Shown: piece by piece, positions 63,549-64,000 of the stretch | How the letters are laid out: every line of letters begins with the position of its first letter | Position numbering within the stretch: position 1 is the first letter of the stretch | Assembly (NCBI GenBank): GCA_001799795.1 | Contig: MGUD01000016.1 | Span: 2,105 to 66,104, forward strand | Direction of reading: 5' to 3' | DNA length: 64,000 nucleotides | Source of the DNA: Elusimicrobia bacterium GWC2_61_19 | GTDB taxonomy: Bacteria > Elusimicrobiota > Elusimicrobia > Elusimicrobiales > UBA9959 | Made by a program: the position numbers and the translations under genes | The notes under the pieces: model-generated | The model's input: only the letters and a program-made list of their open reading frames with translations | What the model was told of the DNA's origin: nothing | Database searches by the model: none

Positions 63549-64000
63549 TTTTATTTAACGCTTCTTTCGGCCTTTGCCTGGCCGCGCTGGCCTGCTGGTC
63601 GGCGGCTTATGTCTTTAGAAAACCGCGCCTGGCCGCCGCAGCCGTGTGGGCCTTGGGGCTGGCCTGGCTGGCGCTCAGCGCGGGCCTGGCCGTGCTCTGG
63701 GCAAAACTGGGACGCGCGCCTCTTTCCAACCAGTATGAGTCGATGCTGGCCCTGCTGTGGTTCGTTTTCCCGATCGCTTTTTACTTTCACCGCGCTGCCG
63801 GGCGGACGGAGATCATGCCGGCCGCGGCGCTGGCCGCCTCGCTCCTCTTCGGCGCGGCGGCCCTGCTGGATAAGACCGCGCACCCGCTGATGCCGGCGCT
63901 GCGGTCCGACTGGCTGATCGTACACGTGCTGTCCTCGATGGCCGCCTACGCCGCCTTCGCTCTGGCCGCCGCCGCGGCCGGCTGGGCGTTGGCTAAACGG
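63533..64000 (+). CDS. ccsA: Cytochrome c biogenesis protein CcsA/ResC (N-terminal 156 codons; continues past the window end)
   Basis: Absent from the ORF track (runs off the edge). My translation from ATG 63533 reads MAAQIILFNASFGLCLAALACW...GRAPLSNQYESMLALLWF...LMPALRSDWLIVHV. It overlaps the resB stop by 16 nt. Confidence 0.8.
   Translation, partial: MAAQIILFNASFGLCLAALACWSAAYVFRKPRLAAAAVWALGLAWLALSAGLAVLWAKLGRAPLSNQYESMLALLWFVFPIAFYFHRAAGRTEIMPAAALAASLLFGAAALLDKTAHPLMPALRSDWLIVHVLSSMAAYAAFALAAAAAGWALAKR

Noticed and set aside
1-64000. rRNA, tRNA, tmRNA, RNase P, SRP RNA, prophage or integrative-element signatures
   Set aside because: Intergenic regions are few and short, with the longest about 200-240 bp. 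None contains tRNA-like T-arm/acceptor features or conserved motifs of the common housekeeping RNAs that I can recognise by eye. No phage, integrase or conjugation genes are present.

Overview
GC-rich (about 60-65 % G+C judged by eye, not computed), very gene-dense 64-kb chromosomal window. I call 53 protein-coding genes, two of them cut by the window edges. I found no rRNA, tRNA, CRISPR array, transposase, integrase or phage genes. About 80 % of the genes are on the minus strand, in long strings whose stop and start codons often overlap by 1, 4 or 8 nt. The gene content suggests an anaerobic, diderm bacterium from a poorly studied lineage (Lol transporter, beta-barrel outer-membrane proteins, McsAB, ATP-citrate lyase, bifurcating-type Etf). 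Main blocks: (1) 1-12075: two paralogous three-subunit xanthine-dehydrogenase-family Mo-hydroxylase sets plus XdhC, interrupted by an exported TldD/TldE protease pair and an outer-membrane protein. (2) 12095-21866: HAMP adenylate cyclase coupled to an anion permease, MocA, phosphofructokinase, an 8-oxoguanine-deaminase-like amidohydrolase, and divergently a single-chain dihydropyrimidine-dehydrogenase-like flavoprotein plus SsnA. (3) 21908-29856: hybrid histidine kinase and an aconitase-aclB-aclA operon. (4) 29924-49273: one long minus-strand string holding a secreted HExxH protein, GlmD-like SIS protein, HAD, hutI, yajQ, hutU, hutH, a DnaQ-like exonuclease, a DUF3307 protein, a CHASE2 cyclase, a histidine kinase, ferredoxin-EtfA/EtfB, an acyl-CoA dehydrogenase and a fused formiminotransferase-cyclodeaminase. 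(5) 49516-60208: an envelope cluster (OMP, dipeptide epimerase, WecA-like, PIG-L, ExeA-like ATPase), then mcsB-mcsA-lolD-lolC, lysS, a receiver protein and a possible solo HEPN-like protein. (6) 60365-64000: ndk, hydrolase, murQ, resB, ccsA. No single obviously novel system stands out. The best candidates for a second look are the exported TldD/E plus OMP module inside the double Mo-hydroxylase operon, the 8-oxoG deaminase / DPD-like / SsnA purine module, the translationally chained lolCD-mcsAB, and two intergenic inverted-repeat elements (31529-31640 and 57357-57491; the second favours a minus-strand RNA fold). All family assignments come from motif recognition by eye; no database search was run.
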